NCBI GenBank assembly: GCA_045645985.1
Contig: JAZRJV010000037.1
Coordinates: 11,395 to 75,394, forward strand
DNA from: Treponemataceae bacterium
GTDB lineage: Bacteria; Spirochaetota; Spirochaetia; Treponematales; Treponemataceae
Reading direction: 5' to 3'
Length of the DNA: 64,000 nt
Shown: positions 1-8,389 of the stretch, in pieces
How the letters are laid out: every line of letters begins with the position of its first letter
Numbering within the stretch: position 1 is the first letter of the stretch
Notes under the pieces: model-generated
What the model was told of the DNA's origin: nothing
The model's input: only the letters and a program-made list of their open reading frames with translations
Database searches by the model: none
Position numbers and translations under genes: made by a program

Positions 1-618
1 TGGAAAGTCGTAAGAGTAACCTAATTGCCACCAAGTATTTAGCCAACCTTTAAAATATAAATAATCAAAAGTTCCTAATCTAAACATAATTTCATGTTTC
101 TGTTTTATTTCTTTAATTAACTGAAATTCTAAAATTGGGAAAGGTTCAAAAAATGATAAACGATTATCTGTAAGTTTTTGCACAGTTGTTTTTAAATCTA
201 CTCCCAAAGATAAATTTATGACTAAAGGATTTTCAATATTTTTTCCTAAAAATTTTGTACTAATAAAGAAAACATTATCATTTATAAATAATTCATTTAA
301 ATATTCTGACTTATATGAAAATGAAAAGTGTGATAAATATCCCATTGCTAATTGGAACTTTTGCAGTTGCAAAGGCTTAATTGCACCAGATGCAGAAAAG
401 TCAAAAGAAAAATTATCAAAACATAAACCAGAAAAAATATTTATTTCTTTAAATTCTTTTCTATAACCAATGCTACATTCCAGAGGTACAGGTTTTGGAA
501 CAAAGTTTTTTGACGAAAATCCAAAATCAGCAAAAATACCTTCGCCCCAATATTGAGCAGCACTAATATGGCTAAAAATCATCAAGGCTAAAAGAAAAGT
601 AATTAAATTTTTTTTCAT
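1..618 (-). CDS. hypothetical secreted, beta-rich protein (C-terminus cut by window edge)
   Basis: Not in the ORF track because it runs off the window. My own translation of the minus strand from the ATG (CAT at 616-618) gives MKKNLITFLLALMIFSHISAAQYWGEGIFADFGF..., open to base 1 (206 codons). Signal-peptide-like N-terminus and aromatic/beta-strand-like composition. Plus-strand ORF 218..466 is its shadow. Confidence 0.55.
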   Translation of the reverse strand, partial: MKKNLITFLLALMIFSHISAAQYWGEGIFADFGFSSKNFVPKPVPLECSIGYRKEFKEINIFSGLCFDNFSFDFSASGAIKPLQLQKFQLAMGYLSHFSFSYKSEYLNELFINDNVFFISTKFLGKNIENPLVINLSLGVDLKTTVQKLTDNRLSFFEPFPILEFQLIKEIKQKHEIMFRLGTFDYLYFKGWLNTWWQLGYSYDFP

Positions 619-692
619 AAAAAACCTACTAAAATATTTTGATTAAGTTTACCAAAAATATTTTTTACAAGTCAACAGTTTGGAAAAAAAAA

Positions 693-2318
693 TTAACTCT
701 CACCAATTTTCTTTGCAATATTTTCTCCATCCATGGCAGAAGAAACGATTCCGCCAGAATATCCAGAACCTTCTCCCGCAGGAAAAAGATTCTTAATAAC
801 TGGATTTTGCAAAGTTTCTTTATCACGCAAAATTCTTAATGGAGTTGATGTGCGAGTTTCACTTGCAATAAGAATCGCATCTTCACAAATAAAGCCTTTC
901 ATATTTTCATTAAATTTTTTGAAGGCTTTTTGTAAACGAGCTTTGATAAAATCAGGAAGCCACAAATCAAGCCGAGAAGAAATCAATCCTGGAGTGTACG
1001 ATGTTTCTGGAAAAGATTTTGTTTGGCGACCTTCAAGAAAGTCAACTAATTTTTGAGCAGGTGCTTTTATTCCTTCTCCGTTTTGATAAGTTAATTTTTC
1101 AAGAAAAGTTCTAAAATTCAAAGACGAAAGTAAATTATCTTTGTTATCGATTTTATTTTCTTTTAAAATTTGTTTGGCATCTTCTGGACGAACTTCAACA
1201 ACGATTGCAGCATTTGACCATTTTGAATTTCTACTTGATGGCGACATTCCGTTTACAACAATTTCTTCTTTACTGGAAGAAGATGGAACAACTAATCCGC
1301 CAGGACACATACAAAATGAATAAACGCCTCGCTCATCAACTTGTGTTGTTAATCGATATTCTGCCGCACCTAAATTTTCAGTTCGTTCTTTTCCGTGATA
1401 CTGAATTTTATCAATTACAGTTCTTGGATGTTCAACACGAACGCCAACTGCAAAAGTTTTTTCTTCTAAAATTTTTGAAACATCAAGATTATTTTTTATT
1501 GAAACATCATAAAGCATTTTGTAAATATCAGTTGCTGAATGTCCAGTTGCAAGAATGACTGCATCTGCAAAAATCTTTTGTTCATTATTTTTTTCTTTTG
1601 AATCAACGCAAACAATTCCTTTTGCAAAAAAATTATTTTGTTCATCTTTTTCTAAAATCAAATCTGTACAAATTTTATCAAAGTAAACTTCGCCACCAAA
1701 ATTGATAATAGTATCAATCATGTTGTTAATAATTTTTGGAAGTTTATCAGAACCAATATGAGGATGTGCATCTGATAAAATTTTTTCGTCTGCGCCATGA
1801 TAATTAAATATAGAAAGTATTTTTGAAATATCGCCTCGTTTATTTGAACGAGTAAAAAGTTTTCCGTCAGAAAAAGTTCCTGCTCCACCTTCCCCAAAAC
1901 AATAATTTGAATTTGCATCAACAATTCCAGTTGTACTAATTTTTGCAATATCAACTTTTCGTTTTGAAGTTCTACTTCCTCGTTCTACAATAATTGGTTT
2001 TATTCCAGATTCTAAAAGTTGTAAACCTGCAAATAAACCTGCTGGACCTGAACCAACAACCACAACTGTTTTTTTATTTTCGATATTTTTCCATTTGGGA
2101 ATAAATTTTTCTTGCTCTGGATTTTCACCAACATAAACTGCGTATCGTAAATGAAATTTTATTTTTCCTTTTCGTGCGTCAATAGATTTTTTCTTTAACA
2201 CAAAAGCGTTCACATCTTTTTTATTTTTTATATTAAGTTGTTTTAAAACTTTACTTTCAAGCAAAGTTTTATTTTTTTCTTCTTCGGGTAAAATTGTAAT
2301 TGTTGTTTCGTAAATCAT
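693..2318 (-). CDS. FAD-dependent oxidoreductase (COG2509-type uncharacterised FAD dehydrogenase)
   Basis: 541 aa. Dinucleotide-binding motif VVVVGSGPAGLFAGLQL, GGAGTFSDGKL, and C-terminal PAGEGSGYSGGIVSSAMDG typical of this family. True ATG start. Confidence 0.8.
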   Translation of the reverse strand: MIYETTITILPEEEKNKTLLESKVLKQLNIKNKKDVNAFVLKKKSIDARKGKIKFHLRYAVYVGENPEQEKFIPKWKNIENKKTVVVVGSGPAGLFAGLQLLESGIKPIIVERGSRTSKRKVDIAKISTTGIVDANSNYCFGEGGAGTFSDGKLFTRSNKRGDISKILSIFNYHGADEKILSDAHPHIGSDKLPKIINNMIDTIINFGGEVYFDKICTDLILEKDEQNNFFAKGIVCVDSKEKNNEQKIFADAVILATGHSATDIYKMLYDVSIKNNLDVSKILEEKTFAVGVRVEHPRTVIDKIQYHGKERTENLGAAEYRLTTQVDERGVYSFCMCPGGLVVPSSSSKEEIVVNGMSPSSRNSKWSNAAIVVEVRPEDAKQILKENKIDNKDNLLSSLNFRTFLEKLTYQNGEGIKAPAQKLVDFLEGRQTKSFPETSYTPGLISSRLDLWLPDFIKARLQKAFKKFNENMKGFICEDAILIASETRTSTPLRILRDKETLQNPVIKNLFPAGEGSGYSGGIVSSAMDGENIAKKIGES

Positions 2319-2378
2319 AATTCAAAGTATATATTATATTTTGTTGCTACTTCAAGTCATATCTGCTATAATTCAATT

Positions 2379-4706
2379 ATGAAAGTTGTTATTTTGCAGT
2401 CGCCATTAGTTCAATTAAATACGCCTTATCCTTCTGGTGCATATTTAAAATCATTTTTTTTGCAACAAGATATTTTTAATTTTTCTAGCGTACAATGGTT
2501 TGATTTATCAAATCTTCTATATAATAATATTTTTTCAAAAGATGGATTAACAAAACTTTTTGAATTAACAACTGATAAAGCTTTGCAACTTGCACAAAAA
2601 CCACAAAAAGAAAATGATGAAAACACAGCCTTTAATTTACAACGATATATTTTTCAAAAAGATTCTTGGATAAATTGGATTGATAAAATTAAATCAATTC
2701 TTACAGATTCAAACGGAAGAGAATTTTGTCATGAATTTATTTTTTCTCCATTCGCACCTCGCGGAAATAGAATGGATAATTTTCTTTCAGAATTAAATCG
2801 TGAAATTACTATTGACGATGCAAGATTTTTAGCATCTTTTGCTTTGGCAGATTTAGCAGATTACATCAATGTTGTTTTTGACAAAAACTTTTCTTTGATT
2901 CGCTACGCTGAACATTTAGCAACAAGTCAAAAAGATTTTTCAAAATTTTTAAAAGTAATTGATTCACCAATTTTAAAAAATTTTCTCACTCCACTATTAC
3001 AAAATTTATTTTTACAAATTGATTCTAAACAAAAATCCAAAAATGAAAATTCTGAAAACGAAAAAATTTTATTTTGCATTTCAGTTCCTTTTGCTGGATG
3101 TTTTGCATCAACTCTTCACATTGCAAAAGAAATTAAAAATCATTTTGGAAAAAACGCAATTGTTTCTATCGGTGGCGGATTTATAAATACTGAACTTAGA
3201 AATATCAACGAAGAAAAACTTTTCGATTATGTAGACTTTGTAAGTTACGACAGAGGTTACGGTTCTTACATTGATTTATTAAAAAATAATTTTTTGCTAG
3301 ACGGAAAACAATATTACAAAACAACTTATTTTTATGAAAATAAAATCATCACACAAAAAGAAAATGATTTAGAAATTTCTAAAATAGAAAATGATTTTAC
3401 AAAAAAAGTTTTTCCAGATTTTTCTGAAATTGATTTTTCACTTTATCCACGACTTGCTGATGACATAAATCCAATGCACAGAATTTGGTCAGATGGAAGT
3501 TGGCTAAAAGCGTATCTTGCTCACGGTTGTTATTGGCACCGATGCGCATTTTGCGACACAACACTTGATTATGTTTGCAACTATTCAAGAATTGATACAG
3601 AGCTTTTGTACAACTGGCTTTATCAACAATCACAAAAAACTGGAATCTACGGAATACATTTTGTAGACGAAGCATCTCCTCCAAAATCATTATCTGAATT
3701 TGCGTTATTAAATTGTAAAAATGATTTAGAACAAAAGCGATTAACTTTTTGGGGCAACATCAGATTTGAAAAAACTTTTTCTCGCGACCTAGCGGACTTT
3801 CTTGCTTACGGCGGATTAACTGGCGTTTCTGGCGGAATTGAAATTGCAACAGGAAAAGGTTTGCAAGATGTAAACAAAGGAACTGATTTTGATTCAATCG
3901 TTGCAAGTTGCGCAAGTTTTAAAGAAGCAGGAATTTTAGTTCACGCTTATATGATTTACGGATTTTACACAGAAACTCCGCAAGACTTAATCAATTCAAT
4001 GGAAACGCTACGACAACTTTTTGGAAACGGTTTGCTTGACAGCAGTTTTTGGCACAAGTTTGTTTTAACAAAACATTCTACGCTTTTTGCAGAATATCAA
4101 AAAGGAATGCATCCAAAATTAAAACCAATTATCAATAATGAAAAATCTTGGTTTGCACAAAATGATATTAGATTTGAAGGCGAAGAAAAATCACAGCGCT
4201 ACACAGATTATCTTGAATACGCACTAAATAATTGGATGCACGGAATTGGATTAAACAAAAAAGTTCAATCTTGGTTTGATTTTCCAATGCCACAACCTAC
4301 AATTCCACAAAATTATGTAGAAAAATCAATCGAAAAGTACGAGAATAAAAAACTTTCAGAATTTAATGATTTTCAGGATTTTATTGATTTTACCCAAAAA
4401 TCAAATCCAAAAAATAAAAATCAATTTTTCTGGCTTGGCGGAAAACCAATCGTAACAGAAGAAGGTAAAAATCATCTTCAATTAAGATGGATGTATTTTA
4501 ACGAAATTCACAATGCTTTTTTACCAGAAGGAACATCAAACGAAACTGCGCAAAAACTTGCTGATTTTTTGTATTTTCTACGGCCAGAAAATCATTTTGC
4601 TACAGATGAAAACAGAAATTCCCAAGAAAAACAGATTTCTTCTATTATAAATGCTAAAATTTATAAAAAACTTCGCGGAAATGCTTTGTGTAAGATAAAA
4701 CTTTAA
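2379..4706 (+). CDS. large B12-binding-domain-type radical SAM protein (variant CX4CX2C cluster motif)
   Basis: 775 aa. N-terminal MKVVILQSPLVQLNTPYPSGAYLKSFF resembles the Rossmann-like B12-binding domain of class B radical SAM enzymes. Cluster motif AHGCYWHRCAFCD. Downstream GVSGGIEIATG glycine-rich SAM-binding-like segment. Confidence 0.65.
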   Translation: MKVVILQSPLVQLNTPYPSGAYLKSFFLQQDIFNFSSVQWFDLSNLLYNNIFSKDGLTKLFELTTDKALQLAQKPQKENDENTAFNLQRYIFQKDSWINWIDKIKSILTDSNGREFCHEFIFSPFAPRGNRMDNFLSELNREITIDDARFLASFALADLADYINVVFDKNFSLIRYAEHLATSQKDFSKFLKVIDSPILKNFLTPLLQNLFLQIDSKQKSKNENSENEKILFCISVPFAGCFASTLHIAKEIKNHFGKNAIVSIGGGFINTELRNINEEKLFDYVDFVSYDRGYGSYIDLLKNNFLLDGKQYYKTTYFYENKIITQKENDLEISKIENDFTKKVFPDFSEIDFSLYPRLADDINPMHRIWSDGSWLKAYLAHGCYWHRCAFCDTTLDYVCNYSRIDTELLYNWLYQQSQKTGIYGIHFVDEASPPKSLSEFALLNCKNDLEQKRLTFWGNIRFEKTFSRDLADFLAYGGLTGVSGGIEIATGKGLQDVNKGTDFDSIVASCASFKEAGILVHAYMIYGFYTETPQDLINSMETLRQLFGNGLLDSSFWHKFVLTKHSTLFAEYQKGMHPKLKPIINNEKSWFAQNDIRFEGEEKSQRYTDYLEYALNNWMHGIGLNKKVQSWFDFPMPQPTIPQNYVEKSIEKYENKKLSEFNDFQDFIDFTQKSNPKNKNQFFWLGGKPIVTEEGKNHLQLRWMYFNEIHNAFLPEGTSNETAQKLADFLYFLRPENHFATDENRNSQEKQISSIINAKIYKKLRGNALCKIKL

Positions 4707-5033
4707 TTAAAAAATTTCTCTAAGTTCTTCTTGTATACGATTCACTGTTAAAGATAATTCATTTGAAATAATTGAATTGATTCGGTTGATAGGAGAAACA
4801 TCCTCTTTTACAAATAAAGAACTGTAAAATAAAGAAGATGGAAGCACTTGCAATTCTTTTATTATTTTTTCCAATAATTTATATGTTACAAATTTAGTTC
4901 CTGTTTCAATAACGCTTAAATGATTTGTACTAATTTCAAGACGTTCTGCTAATTGTTCTTGCGATAATCCAAGTTTTTTACGATAAAATTTTACATTTTC
5001 ACCAAAAATCTTCCTAATATTTATATCTTCCAT
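4707..5033 (-). CDS. XRE-family helix-turn-helix transcriptional regulator
   Basis: 108 aa. FGENVKFYRKKLGLSQEQLAERLEISTNHLSVIETG is a canonical Cro/C1-type HTH. Divergent from the 5184 operon. Confidence 0.85.
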   Translation of the reverse strand: MEDINIRKIFGENVKFYRKKLGLSQEQLAERLEISTNHLSVIETGTKFVTYKLLEKIIKELQVLPSSLFYSSLFVKEDVSPINRINSIISNELSLTVNRIQEELREIF

Positions 5034-5072
5034 AACACAATAAATTATGCAATTTCAGTTTATTTTTTTAAC

Positions 5073-5168
5073 ATTCTAAAAGGAATAAAACAAAGTAAAA
5101 TAATTCTAAAAGAATTGACTTTATAAATCTTTTTGATATAATAAAACACAAACACATTCTTTTAGAAT
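5073..5168. promoter_or_regulatory. three palindromic operator-like sites (ATTCT-N3/4-AGAAT) in the divergent XRE/5184 intergenic region
   Basis: attctaaaaggaat (5073-5086, imperfect), aattctaaaagaatt (5102-5116, perfect 6-3-6), attcttttagaat (5156-5168, perfect 5-3-5). Site 2 overlaps the -35 and site 3 lies just downstream of the -10 of the promoter below. Confidence 0.5.
5115..5142 (+). promoter_or_regulatory. sigma70-like promoter for the 5184-7186 operon
   Basis: TTGACT (5115-5120), 16-nt spacer, TATAAT (5137-5142), preceded by TG at 5134-5135 (extended -10, TGnTATAAT). Confidence 0.55.
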
Positions 5169-5183
5169 TAGGAGATAATTAAA

Positions 5184-6362
5184 ATGAAACAAAAAATTAT
5201 TTATTTTATTCTTTTGGCAATGTCATTTGCTCTTTATGCAAATGAATCTTTATCAGCAAATTACTATTTAGAAAAAATAAGTCAATTTGATGCAAATATG
5301 AAAAAGATTAATTTAGAAAGAGCTAAAGAAATAACAAAAGCTAAAGAAATTTTAAATGCTGAAAAACTAGCAGAAAAGGCAACTATTAGCAATATAGAAA
5401 GAAAATTCACAGAAACAGAACAACAACTAAAAGAAAGAAAGGAAAAATTATCTAAAGAATTAGATTCTGAATATAAAACAAATGAAACAAATAAAATTGC
5501 AGAAATTAACAATAAATATGATTCTCTTATACAAATAGAAGAAGAAAATAAAAAAGCTTCAATAAGTGAATTTTTAAGTAAAAGTTTCGTTTTAGCTTAT
5601 CCAGATGTACAAATTTCTGTAGGAGAGTTTATAGTTGATGAAAATCCACAACATTTTCCTTTTACTGTTTTCTCAGAGAAAACAGAATTAGATTATAAAT
5701 ATACTGGAAAAATTTTATTAGAAGAAGCTAATAGAGATGCAGAGGGTGAAAGAATCGATTCAGAAAAAGATAACTATAAAGCAGAAATAACTTACAAAAT
5801 AGAACAGAAAGAAAATATGTTTATAAAAAAAATTACTCAAATAATAATACGAAATGACAAAAATGCAGTAATTAGAAGATTCGATTTAAATGAATATGAA
5901 AACAAACAAGGTTTTGCAATTCAACAAACTCCACAACCGACAACTCAAACTGAAAAAACACAAGTAACAAATAGTACTGCATCAACAGCTACAAAACCAG
6001 TACAAAAAATTGAACCAGCAAAAACAATTACACCTAAACCAGCACCTAAAACAAAACAAGTTTGGGTTGACGATGGAATGAGTACAGGAGGTATTATCAC
6101 TCTATCACTAGGAGTTCCACTAGGAACTGCTGGTGCTGCATTATTAATACCAGGTCTTATCTGGGGTGACATTGAATTTATAATACCAGGAGCTGCATCA
6201 CTAGGAGTAGGTCTAATACTATGTATCATAGGCCCTTGTTGTCGAGATGGACATTACGAAACACGAGTCATAAGTAAAATAAATTCAGATCCAGTTTTGA
6301 AAAATGTAAAATTTGAAACTACAGGTTACTCAACAACTTTAGGATACAAATTTAATTGGTAA
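5184..6362 (+). CDS. hypothetical secreted/membrane-anchored protein (signal peptide, coiled-coil region, Pro/Thr-rich linker, Gly-rich hydrophobic C-terminal region); paralog of the next gene
   Basis: 392 aa. GGAGA RBS. MKQKIIYFILLAMSFALYA signal-like segment. K/E-rich heptad-like region. QQTPQPTTQTEKTQVTNSTASTATKPVQKIEPAKTITPKPAPKTK linker. GGIITLSLGVPLGTAGAALLIPGLIWG...GLILCIIGPCC hydrophobic segments. Ends ...TLGYKFNW. Confidence 0.6.
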   Translation: MKQKIIYFILLAMSFALYANESLSANYYLEKISQFDANMKKINLERAKEITKAKEILNAEKLAEKATISNIERKFTETEQQLKERKEKLSKELDSEYKTNETNKIAEINNKYDSLIQIEEENKKASISEFLSKSFVLAYPDVQISVGEFIVDENPQHFPFTVFSEKTELDYKYTGKILLEEANRDAEGERIDSEKDNYKAEITYKIEQKENMFIKKITQIIIRNDKNAVIRRFDLNEYENKQGFAIQQTPQPTTQTEKTQVTNSTASTATKPVQKIEPAKTITPKPAPKTKQVWVDDGMSTGGIITLSLGVPLGTAGAALLIPGLIWGDIEFIIPGAASLGVGLILCIIGPCCRDGHYETRVISKINSDPVLKNVKFETTGYSTTLGYKFNW

Positions 6363-6403
6363 AAGCGATGAATTTCATCGTAAAAATATTTTGGAGGATT
6401 CAA

Positions 6404-7186
6404 ATGAAGACAAAAAAAATTTTAACAGTTATGATTCTTTTATTCGTAACATCATTCATTATGGCACAAGAAAAATTAAGTGATTATCTTAATATGCTTA
6501 ATGATTTAACAAATCAAGAAATTGCTATCACAAGCGAATTTAATCTTGTTTATCAATCTGCTATAAATGGATTAAACACTGATACTCAAGTAGAAATGTC
6601 TAAAATTTCTAAAGAAGAAGCAAAGCCTTGGGAAAGTGATATTGAATACACAACAAGAATTTCTGAAGAAATTAATAAATTACAAACAAAACGAGATAAA
6701 GAAGTTGAAAGTATAACAAATGAAATAAAAGCAAATTTCAAAGAAAGACAAGATTATGTATCTAATAAAAAACAAGAAGTTATCGCTAATATGATGAAGA
6801 AAGAATTTGTATATTCTGGGAATAGTGTACAAACATCTTTTGGTAAATTTGACAGAGATAACAAATTTTGGCCAGTTATAGTAAAAAGTCTTGAAAAGGA
6901 TTTAAATTACACATCAAGTAATTTAAAATGGTTCTTAGATTTAAGTATAATACAAGAACAATATGAATCAATATATAAAATGATGCTAAATAACGAAATA
7001 AAGGGAGAAATTTATTTTCAAGTTAGCAGAAAAACTTTAACTGATACTTATCAGAAAAAAGTTACAAAAGTTGTATTACGATCTTCTGACAATGCATCTT
7101 TAATAGAATTTCCAATAGATGAAATAGTAGAAACATTTTCTTTAACACAAACAGTTTACGAACCAAGTAGCATTATAACTGAATAA
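6404..7186 (+). CDS. hypothetical secreted protein, paralog of the N-terminal two-thirds of the 5184 product
   Basis: Track ORF starts at a TTG (6356). I prefer the ATG at 6404, preceded by GGAGG. MKTKKILTVMILLFVTSFIMAQE signal peptide. Shared motif pattern with the upstream protein: FV....VQ.S.G.F...D....F.P..V.S.EK.L.Y and K.EI...(K)...KK.T......D.NA. Confidence 0.6.
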   Translation: MKTKKILTVMILLFVTSFIMAQEKLSDYLNMLNDLTNQEIAITSEFNLVYQSAINGLNTDTQVEMSKISKEEAKPWESDIEYTTRISEEINKLQTKRDKEVESITNEIKANFKERQDYVSNKKQEVIANMMKKEFVYSGNSVQTSFGKFDRDNKFWPVIVKSLEKDLNYTSSNLKWFLDLSIIQEQYESIYKMMLNNEIKGEIYFQVSRKTLTDTYQKKVTKVVLRSSDNASLIEFPIDEIVETFSLTQTVYEPSSIITE

Positions 7187-7200
7187 TAAATTTCTTTACA

Positions 7201-7244
7201 AAGGCTGTATCATAAAAAGCATGGTACAGCCTTTATTATTTTAA
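7201..7244 (+). terminator. intrinsic terminator
   Basis: aaggctgta(t)cat / atg(g)tacagcctt stem (7201-7213 / 7221-7233) followed by tttattatttt. Confidence 0.75.
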
Positions 7245-7293
7245 AATTTTCACCCTAATATATAATTTTTTATCTATATTAAAATAAAATCTA

Positions 7294-7322
7294 TTCACAT
7301 TCTTTATATTATGCTGTATAAT
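7294..7322 (+). promoter_or_regulatory. candidate sigma70-like promoter of the 7420-20023 operon
   Basis: TTCACA (7294-7299), 17 nt, TATAAT (7317-7322). Confidence 0.4.
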
Positions 7323-7371
7323 GTTTATAATTTCGAAATAATAGGATTATTGTCTAATTTTGCTAAAAATG

Positions 7372-7384
7372 TGGTAAATTACCA
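7372..7384. promoter_or_regulatory. perfect palindrome TGGTAA-A-TTACCA between candidate promoter and first gene of the operon (operator candidate)
   Basis: tggtaaattacca read directly at 7372-7384, 36 nt upstream of the ATG at 7420. Confidence 0.3.
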
Positions 7385-7419
7385 ATAAATCCAAAATAAA
7401 TATTAAGGATGGTACAAGA

Positions 7420-8367
7420 ATGAGAAACAAGGTTACGATTATCGGTTCAGGTAGCGTAGGTTCAACAATCGCTTATACGATGGCAGTAGAGGGAATTGCC
7501 TCAGAAATCGTAATGGTAGACATCAATGTAAACAAGGCTTTAGGAGAAGCTCTTGATATTAGACAGGGATTATCTTTTTACACATCATGCTCTATCTATG
7601 CAGGAAGCTATGAAGATGCAAAAGATTCTGATATCGTAATTCTTACTTCTGGAGTTGCAAGAAAACCAGGACAATCTCGTCTTGATCTTGCACAAACAAA
7701 TGTAAATATCACAAAATCAATCATTCCAGAAATCACAAAATATGCTCCAAACGCATACTATATCATCGTTTCAAATCCTATTGATATTCTTACTTATCAA
7801 TTCCATAAAACATCAGGTTTGAAAGAAAACCAAATCATCGGTTCAGGAACAGTTTTAGACTCAGCTCGTTTATGCGCAAGAATCGCTGAATATTATAAAA
7901 TTAACCAAAAAAATGTTCACGCTTATGTTTTAGGTGAACACGGAGATTCATCATTCGTTCCATGGTCAATCGCAAATATTTCTAACATCCCAGTTGATGA
8001 TTATCCAAACTGTATTACAGACAAAACAAAAATTCTTCCACCTTTAGTTCACGAAGAAGTTGAACAATATGTTCGCAAATCAGGTGGACGCGTTATCGAA
8101 AGAAAAGGTGCAACTTTCTATGCAATCGCAATGTCAGTTTGTCACATCTGTAAAGCATTAGTAAGCGGAGTTGATTCAGCTTTACCAGTTTCAACATTGA
8201 TGCACGGTGAATACGGAATCGATGATGTTTGTTTGAGTACTCTTTCTATCGTTGGTAATAAAGGTGTAGAAGGAAAACTTGCACTTAAACTTACAGACGA
8301 AGAAGTAGAAAAACTTCAATACAGTGCAAAATGTCTTAAAGACATTATTTCTCAACTTAACTTCTAA
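7420..8367 (+). CDS. LDH/MDH-family 2-hydroxyacid dehydrogenase; LDH-type scaffold with Arg at the Gln102-equivalent position, so probably malate dehydrogenase
   Basis: 315 aa. TIIGSGSVGSTIAY NAD-binding motif. LGEHGDS (L-LDH active-site signature with catalytic His). LDSARL (substrate Arg). Specificity loop TSGVARKPGQSRLDL aligns to LDH GANQKPGETRLDL with Q->R. Sits directly upstream of fumarase. Confidence 0.8.
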   Translation: MRNKVTIIGSGSVGSTIAYTMAVEGIASEIVMVDINVNKALGEALDIRQGLSFYTSCSIYAGSYEDAKDSDIVILTSGVARKPGQSRLDLAQTNVNITKSIIPEITKYAPNAYYIIVSNPIDILTYQFHKTSGLKENQIIGSGTVLDSARLCARIAEYYKINQKNVHAYVLGEHGDSSFVPWSIANISNIPVDDYPNCITDKTKILPPLVHEEVEQYVRKSGGRVIERKGATFYAIAMSVCHICKALVSGVDSALPVSTLMHGEYGIDDVCLSTLSIVGNKGVEGKLALKLTDEEVEKLQYSAKCLKDIISQLNF

Positions 8368-8389
8368 TTAAATTTTTTTGGAGAATATA

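Noticed and set aside
733-1558. Plus-strand ORFs 733..1056, 1141..1323 and 1205..1558, plus the minus-strand alternative-frame ORF 1718..1954.
   Set aside because: All lie inside the well-supported 693..2318 FAD-protein gene. They are shadow or alternative-frame ORFs with odd composition and no RBS.
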